Source: a virus (Duplodnaviria > Caudoviricetes). Taken from it: a stretch of DNA of 56,053 nucleotides. The stretch is taken from positions 1-56,053 of the IMG/VR virus record IMGVR_UViG_3300047388_000165, one strand, 5' to 3'. The notes under the pieces were generated by a model, which worked only from the letters and a program-made list of their open reading frames with translations, was not told where the DNA came from and did not search any database. The position numbers and the translations under genes were made by a program. Shown piece by piece: positions 8,065-17,103 of this stretch (the stretch's first letter is position 1; every line of letters starts with the position of its first letter).

Positions 8065-9291
8065 ATGAAAATGAAAGTGAACGGGAATATCGTCGAGGAC
8101 GATGTTTCCATAGAGGGGCTGCTTGAGTGCAAGCTGTCCCATCATATCAAAGAAACCAAGGGCACGGTGATTTACACCGGGCCAAAGATTCCACCGGAAG
8201 TGTGGAATGAAGTGCTCTCGTTCTTCAAGTGGTGCTACACCACCTACAAGAGTGAGTGCCAGGTGAGGCTGTTCGTCAGTCCCACCCAGAACACGTGGCG
8301 AGCGTGGGCGTTCCCACAGGAAGCCAAGACGGGCATGACCGCTCGTGAGATCGACAACGAGGACGCGCGGACTCAACGGGCCGAGCTGAACATGAATCCA
8401 CCGGATTGGATTTACTTCGGCACGGTTCATCATCACTGTGGCGCTGGAGCTTTCCAGTCGGGCACGGATGAGGAGAACGAGAAGAATCAGGACGGGCTGC
8501 ATATCACCGTTGGCAAGATGGATGAGAAGAAGCATGACCTGCACGCGCGGTTCTACCGCAAGGGGCTCAAGTTCACGCCGGACTTGAGCTGGTTCTTCGA
8601 TGTGGAGCCGGCACTGGAACAGGTCAGGACGTGGATGGCTTCATCGCCAGTCACACTCGACCCGAAGATCAATCCCACATTGTTCCTTGGCCACAAGGAC
8701 AAAGACGACCTCGCCAAAAGTCTGATGTGCGAGCCGTCGGAGGTGGAGTTCCCGCAGGCATGGAAAGACAACATCATCGAGATCAGGCCGGTGACGCCGA
8801 CCTATCCCGTGACGCCTTACTTCTCGGCCAGCTCTCCAGCGGGTAGCAATGGGACGACACACGGAGTCACGCACGTTCCGTCGGTTTACAGTCCAGACCA
8901 CGATCCTGTGTGGCAGCGAACGCGAAGGGCATGGAGTGAGATTCTGTTTCACTGCGTTGTGCACGAGATTGCCCCGGAGGATATCGAATCCGCCATCGGC
9001 GACCTTGCGCTCAAGGACTTCGCCCCCAACGTCGTCGTCATGGCCTGTCGTCACCACAAGGTCGACCCGGACGATCTGGAACGGGAGATGCCAACGAACC
9101 TTGCTCAAGCAATAGTGGAGGAGGCGATGTCGCAGGCGCAGGAGCGGCATGAGAGAACTGCTCCCACCCCAAAACAAAACACCAGCACGCCAAGAAGTCA
9201 GGCAAAAAGCGAGGGAAAAAAGGCCGATGGAGAGGCCCCCGCTTCTGGAACCGTTGATGGGGACGACTGGTCCCACCTCTCAGTAACTTAA
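8065..9291 (+). CDS. JAB/MPN (JAMM) metalloisopeptidase, PRTRC protein A-like
   Basis: SEC, GTVHHHC, AFQSGTD (E...HxH...S..D), GLHITVG; AAAGGACAG at 8053. Confidence 0.85.
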   Translation: MKMKVNGNIVEDDVSIEGLLECKLSHHIKETKGTVIYTGPKIPPEVWNEVLSFFKWCYTTYKSECQVRLFVSPTQNTWRAWAFPQEAKTGMTAREIDNEDARTQRAELNMNPPDWIYFGTVHHHCGAGAFQSGTDEENEKNQDGLHITVGKMDEKKHDLHARFYRKGLKFTPDLSWFFDVEPALEQVRTWMASSPVTLDPKINPTLFLGHKDKDDLAKSLMCEPSEVEFPQAWKDNIIEIRPVTPTYPVTPYFSASSPAGSNGTTHGVTHVPSVYSPDHDPVWQRTRRAWSEILFHCVVHEIAPEDIESAIGDLALKDFAPNVVVMACRHHKVDPDDLEREMPTNLAQAIVEEAMSQAQERHERTAPTPKQNTSTPRSQAKSEGKKADGEAPASGTVDGDDWSHLSVT

Positions 9292-9298
9292 CCAATCT

Positions 9299-9359
9299 GG
9301 GTGTGGGGCCGCAAATACACGTGGTTGCGACAGGCTCCTGTCCGGCCAGCCCCACACCC
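9299..9359 (+). other. Multi-branch RNA stem-loop after the cassette
   Basis: GGGTGTGGGGC/GCCCCACACCC outer stem with two inner hairpins. Confidence 0.55.
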
Positions 9360-9385
9360 TTCTCAATTTCCGTAATACAAAAACT

Positions 9386-9700
9386 ATGAACATCGAAGTA
9401 ATCCACGGCGGAGGACTCCCTGAGCTGGGAGTTTTTCTTGGTAGCGCCATCGACAGCATGCCGCCAACAGTCGCGCAGGCGATGCTCGGCGGGATATTCG
9501 CCAACATCGTCGGCAACATTTCCGACGAAAACTGGGAAGCCCTCAAGCAGGCGGCGCAGCTACCGTGTGAGTGTGGCGACCCCGACTGCAAGGTTTCCAT
9601 CACAGCGGTAATCGAAGCGGGCGATAAAGCCCGCAAGCAGTTCAAGAAATGCCAGGGCGAGCCGCCCAGCAATTCTGAGGAGAAAGGTTTCTCGGTATGA
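9386..9700 (+). CDS. Hypothetical protein
   Basis: 104 aa with CECGDPDC. Confidence 0.7.
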   Translation: MNIEVIHGGGLPELGVFLGSAIDSMPPTVAQAMLGGIFANIVGNISDENWEALKQAAQLPCECGDPDCKVSITAVIEAGDKARKQFKKCQGEPPSNSEEKGFSV

Positions 9701-9882
9701 AGCGTAAAACCAGCAAGCGTATTGCTGAAATCTACAACGAGGTCGAAGCAGGGTTTGATGAGAAGGCGACCGAGTTTCTGCTGGAAGTCACCGCTGAGCG
9801 CGTCCGGCTCGAGCGGCTAATTACTGATTGCGACCATGGACACGTCGCAGATGCCCTGATTCAAGAAGGAGTTTACAAATGA
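9697..9882 (+). CDS. Hypothetical protein
   Basis: 61 aa, coupled. Confidence 0.6.
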   Translation: MKRKTSKRIAEIYNEVEAGFDEKATEFLLEVTAERVRLERLITDCDHGHVADALIQEGVYK

Positions 9883-11081
9883 ACAACAACGATCAAATCC
9901 CAGGGGCCGAAGTGCCCGAAGCAGAAGTCATCAACGAAACCACCACAGTCGAGCGACGCGCGGACACACCTCCACCAGTTAAACGCGAAAGCGTGACACC
10001 CGAGCAGGCCAAAGTGGATGCCGTGGCCGAGTTGACCATGACTGCCTACGCCAAAGCCAGTGAGTTGGTGTTGACACCCGACGAACAGCTCGCGCTACAA
10101 AAAGACTTCCCGGACGAGGCGTTCCGACCGGGAGCAGCTGGCAAGGAGAACCTACTCTACATCGAGCACGCCTTCCTGCGTGGCCGGCTCAACGAAGTGC
10201 TTGGACTCGGCCAGTGGTCCATCATCCCACGAAAGCGATGGGCTGAGGACTTCATACTCCCAGCCACCCGCGACCGAGCTGAGACACCGGCCAGCCGGGT
10301 CTACGTCGAGGCGATGCTCGTCATCCGCGGTTGTTTCGTGGCGGAAGCCATCGGGGACATGGTGTATTACAAGAACAACCAGTCCCAGAACTACGGCGAT
10401 GCGGTCGAAGGTGCCAAGACGGCAGCCCTTCGTCGCTGCACCAAAGAGCTGGGTATCGGACTCCAAGCGTGGAAGAAGGACTGGTGCGAGGGATGGTGGC
10501 AGCGAAACCGAGGCGGCAGACCCGCTCAGAATGCCCCAGGACGCTCTGGGGGGTCCCAGAGTCCACCCCCAGCCCGTCCGGCAGCGCCTGCCCAGCAAAG
10601 CGCTCCAAGACCTGCCGCCAGAACGGCTGATGTGGTGCCTCCCACAGACGCAACTGAGGAGCAGAAAACCCGGTTCATCACCTCTCTGTCCAACATCAGG
10701 ACAGACGCATTGAGGTTCTTCGTTTCGAAGGGTCACCTGACCGACCTTCAGCAGCTCGAAGCCCTGCCGTTGAAACACGTGCCAGCGACCAAGAAGCAGT
10801 ACGACGACGTGATGGCGCAGATCGAGGCGTTCTCTACTCAGCCAGGGCCGGGCGCAACCGAGTTGTGGCGAGCGTATCCAATGCCGTGGGGGAAGAACAA
10901 GGACACACCGCTGGGCCAGCTCGAGAAAAACTACCTCTATGGACTCGTGATGAACTACGAGGTCGAGCGCGAGTACAATGGTGCCCCCAAGAAGGACGAG
11001 ACGATTGCCAAGGACGAGGAGTTCCGGCGCATGCTCGACGACGCTGGTCGGCACTACGATTGGATCAAGGAAAAGCAGTAA
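9879..11081 (+). CDS. Rad52/Mgm101 (Sak)-like single-strand annealing protein
   Basis: LYIEHAFLRGRLNEVLGLGQW, GDAVEGAKTAALRRCTKELGIGLQAW. Confidence 0.85.
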   Translation: MNNNDQIPGAEVPEAEVINETTTVERRADTPPPVKRESVTPEQAKVDAVAELTMTAYAKASELVLTPDEQLALQKDFPDEAFRPGAAGKENLLYIEHAFLRGRLNEVLGLGQWSIIPRKRWAEDFILPATRDRAETPASRVYVEAMLVIRGCFVAEAIGDMVYYKNNQSQNYGDAVEGAKTAALRRCTKELGIGLQAWKKDWCEGWWQRNRGGRPAQNAPGRSGGSQSPPPARPAAPAQQSAPRPAARTADVVPPTDATEEQKTRFITSLSNIRTDALRFFVSKGHLTDLQQLEALPLKHVPATKKQYDDVMAQIEAFSTQPGPGATELWRAYPMPWGKNKDTPLGQLEKNYLYGLVMNYEVEREYNGAPKKDETIAKDEEFRRMLDDAGRHYDWIKEKQ

Positions 11082-11102
11082 ACCAGAACAAAAGGACAGA
11101 AC

Positions 11103-11381
11103 ATGATAACGAAATGGCTAAAAAATAGAGTCCAGCGCAGGCTGGACCAACAACAGCAACGCGCTGACGCGCAACTTAAACTGGAACAGCAACTCGTCGA
11201 ACTTGGACCCCAACTCAAGGACACACTCATGAAGGCTGGTATTTTCCCGTTCAGCCGAATCAATCGCAATCTCGAGGGAAATTACATCGAGATGTATGGC
11301 ACCCTCAACGGACGGCTGGTGAAGGGTGAGATGACTGCCAAAGGGGCATTCCTCATCAAATACGTGGAGGGGTTCAAATGA
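11103..11381 (+). CDS. Hypothetical protein
   Basis: 92 aa; AAAGGACAG at 11091. Confidence 0.7.
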   Translation: MITKWLKNRVQRRLDQQQQRADAQLKLEQQLVELGPQLKDTLMKAGIFPFSRINRNLEGNYIEMYGTLNGRLVKGEMTAKGAFLIKYVEGFK

Positions 11382-11890
11382 GAGACAATCCGTTCAAACG
11401 AAGACTGGAGGCTGTCGCTGACATCGCCTTCGTCGCAGGGGCATATCGCTACCATAGCGGAGATTCCCGGAAAGACGTGGAGGACTTCATCGCGTGGGCT
11501 GACGAGTTTGAGTCGACGCGCACGTGCCCACCAGACGGCAATGAAACCTACAACGGCAAGGACTACATGACTGCCGTTGCGGAGTTCGCAGAGATCAAGC
11601 TGAAGGAGGAAGGTGTTGGAAAGGCCGGCCACGCAAAAGCAAATGCCCTCAGCACATTCCTGAGCGTGTGGGGCGACGATCAATACCTCGTTACCGACAT
11701 TGGGCCAAAACTGGGTTGTGGTGAGTGCGACGCATTATTCAACCTCCTGAAGGCGTACGGCTTCACGGACACAGCAGAAGCGCTGCTCGATTCACACTCC
11801 CTTGAGGATGATGACGACGATTATCCTGAGCACGTTACCCGACGGGACAAAATGAAACAGGAAGAACCACGAGAAGACGTTCCTTTTTAA
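11378..11890 (+). CDS. Hypothetical protein with SSB-like acidic DVPF tail
   Basis: 170 aa ending EDVPF. Confidence 0.65.
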   Translation: MRDNPFKRRLEAVADIAFVAGAYRYHSGDSRKDVEDFIAWADEFESTRTCPPDGNETYNGKDYMTAVAEFAEIKLKEEGVGKAGHAKANALSTFLSVWGDDQYLVTDIGPKLGCGECDALFNLLKAYGFTDTAEALLDSHSLEDDDDDYPEHVTRRDKMKQEEPREDVPF

Positions 11891-11893
11891 CCT

Positions 11894-12748
11894 ATGAAAA
11901 TCACCAACAAATTCGGACTGCCTGAACCACTGGTCAACGCGGTCAAGTACTCCACTTACACCAAGGGCGAGGCTGACTTCAGTGTCACCGAGCTTATCAA
12001 ACCACCACGCATCGCAGCGCTGGAGATTCTGCACGACGAGGCACTCGAAGAAGACGCGAGCGACCGTCTGTGGATGCTCATGGGCTCAGCCGGCCACGAG
12101 GTTTTGCGACGGTCATCGAACGGCGGCATCGTGGAAGAGCGGTGCATCGTTGAGTTCGAAGGCAAGAAAATCTCCGGTCAGCTCGACTATGCGGTCGCGC
12201 TCAAGGAAATCATCGACTACAAATTCGTCTCGCTCTGGGCCATCCGAGATGGCGTCAAACCGGAGTGGGAACAGCAGCTCAACCTCTACAAGTGGATGGC
12301 TGAGCAATACGGCGTCACGGTGGAGAGCCTGAAGATCATCGGCATCCTCCGAGACTGGTCCAAGCCGGAAGCGCGGCGCAATCCTGACCTGCCGCAGTCG
12401 CAAGTCGTGGTGCTGCCAGTGAGAATCTGGGAGACGCACATGGTTCAAGACTTTCTCAGAATCCGCATCCACGAACACGAGCAGGCACGGTCTGGAAACC
12501 TTCCATTCTGCACTCCCGAAGAGACGTGGGAGCGGCTTGAGAAATACGCGGCGATGAAGAAGGGCAACCAGCGAGCCTCGAAAGTTGAGGACACCAAGTT
12601 CGCCATCGGACAGTGGATAGCGTCTCAAGCGAAGCCATCTCAATTTGAGATTGAGGTGAGGCCAGCGGAGAGGCCGCGTTGTGAGTCGTACTGCCCGTGC
12701 AGTGGTGTCTGCGAACAATTCAACGATTGGAAGAAAGGACAGCAATGA
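11894..12748 (+). CDS. PD-(D/E)XK (Cas4/RecB-like) exonuclease
   Basis: GSAGH, ISGQLD, IIDYK, QLNLY, C-terminal CxxxCxxxxxC. Confidence 0.85.
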   Translation: MKITNKFGLPEPLVNAVKYSTYTKGEADFSVTELIKPPRIAALEILHDEALEEDASDRLWMLMGSAGHEVLRRSSNGGIVEERCIVEFEGKKISGQLDYAVALKEIIDYKFVSLWAIRDGVKPEWEQQLNLYKWMAEQYGVTVESLKIIGILRDWSKPEARRNPDLPQSQVVVLPVRIWETHMVQDFLRIRIHEHEQARSGNLPFCTPEETWERLEKYAAMKKGNQRASKVEDTKFAIGQWIASQAKPSQFEIEVRPAERPRCESYCPCSGVCEQFNDWKKGQQ

Positions 12749-13062
12749 AGCATACCGTAATTCAAACATCAATCGAACCCATTTGTTCGACTTGTGGCAG
12801 TGTCTATGTAGATAAAGATGACTGTCCCGGACCTCAAGAGCAAACGTCCAGAGATCGTTATAACGACGCGTGGACCAAACTGTTGGCCGCGCGACGGAGT
12901 GGAACGTTGGGAGATGTGGGCAATAAAGCCTACGACCTAATGACAATCGCTTACGCCCTCGCAGCAGAACCTGAACCACAGGTTGGGCCGTGCAGTCACT
13001 TCATGATCGTCAACGGCCACTGCATCAACTGTCACGAAATCGTCGGAACCAAATCAAATTAA
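12745..13062 (+). CDS. Hypothetical Cys-rich protein
   Basis: AAAGGACAG at 12734, ATG 12745; two CxxC. Confidence 0.6.
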   Translation: MKHTVIQTSIEPICSTCGSVYVDKDDCPGPQEQTSRDRYNDAWTKLLAARRSGTLGDVGNKAYDLMTIAYALAAEPEPQVGPCSHFMIVNGHCINCHEIVGTKSN

Positions 13063-13488
13063 ATGAGAACACCAGATCACATCGAAAAATATCGTCGTGG
13101 GAAAAGCGCTCCTGGAGGAATCCCGGAGCTTCTGTGGACCACTACGGAGGACGGCATGAACGGCGTCTTTGAGATTCCGTTCGCCAACAATCCCAAGGTC
13201 CACTTCCTCGCCATTGTCAGCGACGGCAGCGAACCGGACGGGACAATGGTCGACTGGGAGCACGTGTCCGTGCGGGCTCGCAGCATGAACGAAAAGGGCC
13301 GTATTTACGAGCGCGTGCCCAACTGGATGGAGATGTGCTGGCTCAAGGAGTTGTTCTGGAATGACGACGAAGCTGTCATCCAGTTCCACCCCGCGAAATC
13401 CGAGCACGTCAACATCCACCCCAACGTCCTGCATCTTTGGAAGTATCGAAAGGCAGACTTTCCGATGCCGGATAAATGTTATGTCTGA
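13063..13488 (+). CDS. Conserved phage protein
   Basis: WEHVSV..RVPNWMEMC..KELFW..QFHP...VNIHPNVLHLW, a motif I recognise from other phage proteins. Confidence 0.8.
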   Translation: MRTPDHIEKYRRGKSAPGGIPELLWTTTEDGMNGVFEIPFANNPKVHFLAIVSDGSEPDGTMVDWEHVSVRARSMNEKGRIYERVPNWMEMCWLKELFWNDDEAVIQFHPAKSEHVNIHPNVLHLWKYRKADFPMPDKCYV

Positions 13489-13531
13489 AAAGGATTGACC
13501 TAACCAGTGTTTCATACTTGAATCAAAAACC

Positions 13532-14353
13532 ATGAGTACCATAGGACAGATAGTTACCACCAGAACCCTCGCCCAGTTAAAACAGATCGTCAGTCGCAAC
13601 CTCAACGCCACACTCGAAGCCGGACAGGCGCTTCAAGAAATCCGGGATCGGGAGCTGTGGAAGGAGGAGGCCGACTCATTCCAGGCGTTCTGCATCGACA
13701 ACTGGGGAGTTACCCGGCAACGGGCTTACCAGTTGATCGGTGCTGCCGTCGTCGTCCAGCAGCTGCCTGCCGAAGTGTCAACCGCGGTTGACAGTGAGCG
13801 GGCAGCGCGGGAGTTGGGAAGGGCGCCTGCGGAAGCCAGGGAATCCATCATCCAGCATGCCAAGGGCGAGAACGGAAAGGTCACGGGACCCGCTGTGGCC
13901 AAGGCAGTTAAGGAGCATGCCGCCGCACTCGCCAAGACGATGCCGGACGGCCCACCTCCGGTTTACGACCGGACTGGGTTTCCCATCCCTCAACCTGCCC
14001 CAGCCATGACCACGTGGCTGCGGGCAGAGGAAGTGCAGACCATGCTCACCGCACTCACACGCATCAAGAGCGTCATCGTCGGCTCCGACGGCGGGAAGGA
14101 CCTGCTGTATGCGGAGATCAATATGTCCACACTCATCGCGGACCTCACCAGCAGTTACAGCGGCCTCAAGGTGGCAATGCCTTACGCCGTGTGCCCGACC
14201 TGCCAAGGCCGGGTGCTGTCACCGTGCGACACGTGCAACGGTCGCGGCATGATTAGCGAGTTCTACTGGAAGCACAAAGTGCCGGATAAGACCAAAGAGA
14301 TTCGAGAGCGCGCTGTCGAAGCTATGCTCGAAAAGAAGAAAGGAAAGAAATGA
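13532..14353 (+). CDS. DUF3102/ParB-HTH-like DNA-binding protein with C-terminal Zn finger
   Basis: AGQALQEIRDRELW...SFQAFCIDNWGVTRQRAYQLI, then VSTAVD (encoded by the palindrome), ERAAREL; CPTCQG..CDTCNG. Confidence 0.75.
   Translation: MSTIGQIVTTRTLAQLKQIVSRNLNATLEAGQALQEIRDRELWKEEADSFQAFCIDNWGVTRQRAYQLIGAAVVVQQLPAEVSTAVDSERAARELGRAPAEARESIIQHAKGENGKVTGPAVAKAVKEHAAALAKTMPDGPPPVYDRTGFPIPQPAPAMTTWLRAEEVQTMLTALTRIKSVIVGSDGGKDLLYAEINMSTLIADLTSSYSGLKVAMPYAVCPTCQGRVLSPCDTCNGRGMISEFYWKHKVPDKTKEIRERAVEAMLEKKKGKK
13776..13793. repeat. Dispersed palindrome inside the HTH gene
   Basis: Perfect 18-bp copy. Confidence 0.95.
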
Positions 14354-14817
14354 GCAAGCAAGACGATCTCAACAAGTGGGTTGCAGATGCCCACAAGGAC
14401 ATCGACCGGGCGGCTGGAGTGACCAACGAACCAACCGAATTGCAGAAGGCGATTGAGGCTTATGAATCCTTGGAGCGGGTGGGCGCAGTGCATTGGTCGA
14501 TTGAAAACATTAAGCCTTTATATCTCGCCGCCAAACAACTCGAAGCAGTGACGAAAGAGAGGGATGAGTTGAAGGAAGACAAGACTATTCTTTTATCCCA
14601 GGTTGACAACGGAGACGTGAATCTTGAGCAGATTAAGATGATTTACGCTAAACAACTCTCCACCCTCAAATCCGACTACAAGCAAGCGTTGGAGGCGTTG
14701 AGCGGATTAACAAAATTTGCAGTCGAATTGTGTGAAGACGTGAAGGTATCAACACATCAACATTCAATTGAAAAAGCAAACAAAGTCCTTTCGCAAAAGG
14801 TAAATTGTGAAAATTAA
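14350..14817 (+). CDS. Hypothetical coiled-coil protein
   Basis: 155 aa, AT-richer 3' half. Confidence 0.65.
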   Translation: MSKQDDLNKWVADAHKDIDRAAGVTNEPTELQKAIEAYESLERVGAVHWSIENIKPLYLAAKQLEAVTKERDELKEDKTILLSQVDNGDVNLEQIKMIYAKQLSTLKSDYKQALEALSGLTKFAVELCEDVKVSTHQHSIEKANKVLSQKVNCEN

Positions 14818-14998
14818 AACGATGACGTTGGAGGAATTAAACAGAATAGCTCCTCCACATCTAGGGAGGCACGCAAGGTGCGTCAACTGCACATGCAAAA
14901 ACAATATGTATAATTGCAGAAGCAACCGACATATCCCTGAAATCCATGAAGACGCCCTACTCCCCTCCGCAATCGCAATAATGAAAGGAGAAGGATGA
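14807..14998 (+). CDS. Hypothetical protein
   Basis: 63 aa, Cys cluster, coupled to the helicase. Confidence 0.45.
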   Translation: MKIKTMTLEELNRIAPPHLGRHARCVNCTCKNNMYNCRSNRHIPEIHEDALLPSAIAIMKGEG

Positions 14999-16755
14999 TC
15001 CGTGCATACCAAGATGAATGCGTCACCGCCTTCGCCACCGAGTTCGAGCGAGGCACCACGGCGACGCTCGGGGTTCTTGCGACTGGTCTTGGAAAAACCA
15101 CCATTGCCAGCGAATTTATCCGACGCATCCAGCCAGCCCGAAGTTTATTCCTGGCACACCGGGACACGCTTATTTATCAGGCGCGGGATACGATAGAGCG
15201 CATTGCGAAAGTCAAATGCGGCATCGAGATGGCAGAGCTGAAGGCTGACTATGGCTTCTTCTCCAAGGAACAGGTCGTCATCGGAACGGTGCAAACTCAG
15301 TACTCGGGAAACTCTGGAGCTGGCCGCATGGCTCTGTTTCGACCTACTGATTTTGATTATCTGTTTCTCGATGAAGCACATCACTGGGTGGCTCCCGCTT
15401 ACCTCAAAGTGGTCCGCTACTTTCAGCAGAATCCTCGACTCAAGATTGTCGGGTTCACCGCCACCGCTGATCGGTTTGACAAAGAGTCGCTCGGCCAGTT
15501 GTTCCAGACGACGGCTTACAAGATGGACATTCTGGCCGGCATCAATGAGGGCTGGCTTGTTCCGATCTACCAGCAATACGTCCCGGTTCAAGGACTCGAT
15601 TATTCCCACATCAAAACCACCGCTGGCGACCTCAACCTCGGACAGCTGTCGGCAGTCCTGGAAGAGGAGGAGACGGTTCAGAGGATGATCCAGCCCACGA
15701 TTGAGGCAGCATGGAATCTCCCCGACCGGAGGCTGGACTACGCACCGGTCGAAGAATGGGGAAATGTTCTGGGCAAGAAAGGACGCCCCAAGAGAACGCT
15801 CGTGTTCTGCTCCAGCATCAAACAGGCGCAGCGATTCGCCGAGGTGCTCAACCGGGTGCGATCTGGAATGGCCTGCGCCATCTGGGATAAGGTTTCCCGC
15901 GAAGAGCGGAAGATCATTCTCGGCGACTTCAAGACCGGCAAACTCCAAATCCTCGTCAACGTCGGCATCTGTGGCGAGGGCTTCGACAACCCGGCAGTGG
16001 AGGTTCTGGTCATGGGACGCGCGACCAAGAGCCGCAGCCTCTACACTCAGTTCGGTGGACGTGGGCTCAGGCCGGCAGACAGCGTGGCCCACAAACTCAA
16101 CGACTGCGCGACCGCTGAGGAGCGCTGCCAGCTCATCGCCAGCTCGGAGAAGCCGCGCTGCATCATTCTCGACTTCGTGGGCAATGCGGGCACCCACAAA
16201 CTCATCACTGCTGCCGATATTCTCGGTGGCAAAATCAGCTCCAAAGGCATCGAGAAGGCCAAGAAGAAGATGCTCAAGACGACCGATCCCATGAACGTCA
16301 TGGACGTGCTGGAGCACTCCGAGGAAGAGGTTCGCAAGAATATGGAGCGAGCCAAGAAACTGGCGGAAGAGCGGCGCATCAAGCTGGTCGCCCGCTCTCA
16401 CTTCACCAAGGTCGACATCGACCCCTTCGACGCGCTGGACTTGAAGCCAACCGCACCCAGATCACTCGACGCCGGGAAGAAGCTCTCCGAGAAACAAGTG
16501 GCGCTCATGTCCCGCTTTGGAATCCAGGCGTCACGGTATCCCTACACTCAGGCCAAGCAACTGTTCATCGAACTGTGCAAGCGGCTCAATGACCGGAAGG
16601 CCACTCCACCTCAGGTCGCTGTGTTAAGGCGAGCAGGATACGAGAACGCAGCCGAACTTCCGCAAAAGGAAGCCAAGCGACTCATCGACAACCTTCGTAA
16701 CAACGGCTGGAAACGGCCACCAGAACCATCAAAAATTGCGGACGAATTATTCTAA
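14995..16755 (+). CDS. SF2 DEAD/DEAH-box helicase
   Basis: ATGLGKT, DEAHH, TAT, EGFD, QFGGRGLR. Confidence 0.95.
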   Translation: MIRAYQDECVTAFATEFERGTTATLGVLATGLGKTTIASEFIRRIQPARSLFLAHRDTLIYQARDTIERIAKVKCGIEMAELKADYGFFSKEQVVIGTVQTQYSGNSGAGRMALFRPTDFDYLFLDEAHHWVAPAYLKVVRYFQQNPRLKIVGFTATADRFDKESLGQLFQTTAYKMDILAGINEGWLVPIYQQYVPVQGLDYSHIKTTAGDLNLGQLSAVLEEEETVQRMIQPTIEAAWNLPDRRLDYAPVEEWGNVLGKKGRPKRTLVFCSSIKQAQRFAEVLNRVRSGMACAIWDKVSREERKIILGDFKTGKLQILVNVGICGEGFDNPAVEVLVMGRATKSRSLYTQFGGRGLRPADSVAHKLNDCATAEERCQLIASSEKPRCIILDFVGNAGTHKLITAADILGGKISSKGIEKAKKKMLKTTDPMNVMDVLEHSEEEVRKNMERAKKLAEERRIKLVARSHFTKVDIDPFDALDLKPTAPRSLDAGKKLSEKQVALMSRFGIQASRYPYTQAKQLFIELCKRLNDRKATPPQVAVLRRAGYENAAELPQKEAKRLIDNLRNNGWKRPPEPSKIADELF

Positions 16756-16758
16756 CCT

Positions 16759-17103
16759 ATGAGCAAACCAAAAGGACCAAAGGCTCGGTTCACGAGCAAA
16801 GAACAGATCATCGCGCAGATCGACAAGTTCACCAGCAAGCGGGACAAAAAGCACACTCAGGCCGCACAGCTGCTGCACGACTGCAAAGAGCTGCGGCGCA
16901 TGATGGCGAACCCTGAATGCACCAGCGGTGCGTCGTTCAGGGTAGAGGCAGACGCCAAATACGCACGCGCCCAAAGGATCGGAAAACAGATCAAACGACT
17001 GGAGGAGAAAGTGCTCCCAATGTGGAAGCACAAACTCTCAGAGTTCCAAACCGATGTGATCCCCGGGTTCCTGCCGGACAACAGCGTGGAGGCACCCGAA
17101 TGA
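16759..17103 (+). CDS. Hypothetical basic protein
   Basis: 114 aa between helicase and primase. Confidence 0.7.
   Translation: MSKPKGPKARFTSKEQIIAQIDKFTSKRDKKHTQAAQLLHDCKELRRMMANPECTSGASFRVEADAKYARAQRIGKQIKRLEEKVLPMWKHKLSEFQTDVIPGFLPDNSVEAPE

Noticed and set aside
10319-10336. CGTCATCCGCGGTTGTTT as another palindrome copy
   Set aside because: Five mismatches, within a conserved protein region; compatible with chance
11894-12748. Cas4-like nuclease as part of a CRISPR system
   Set aside because: No array or other cas genes; it sits close to an annealase, the usual phage recombination pair
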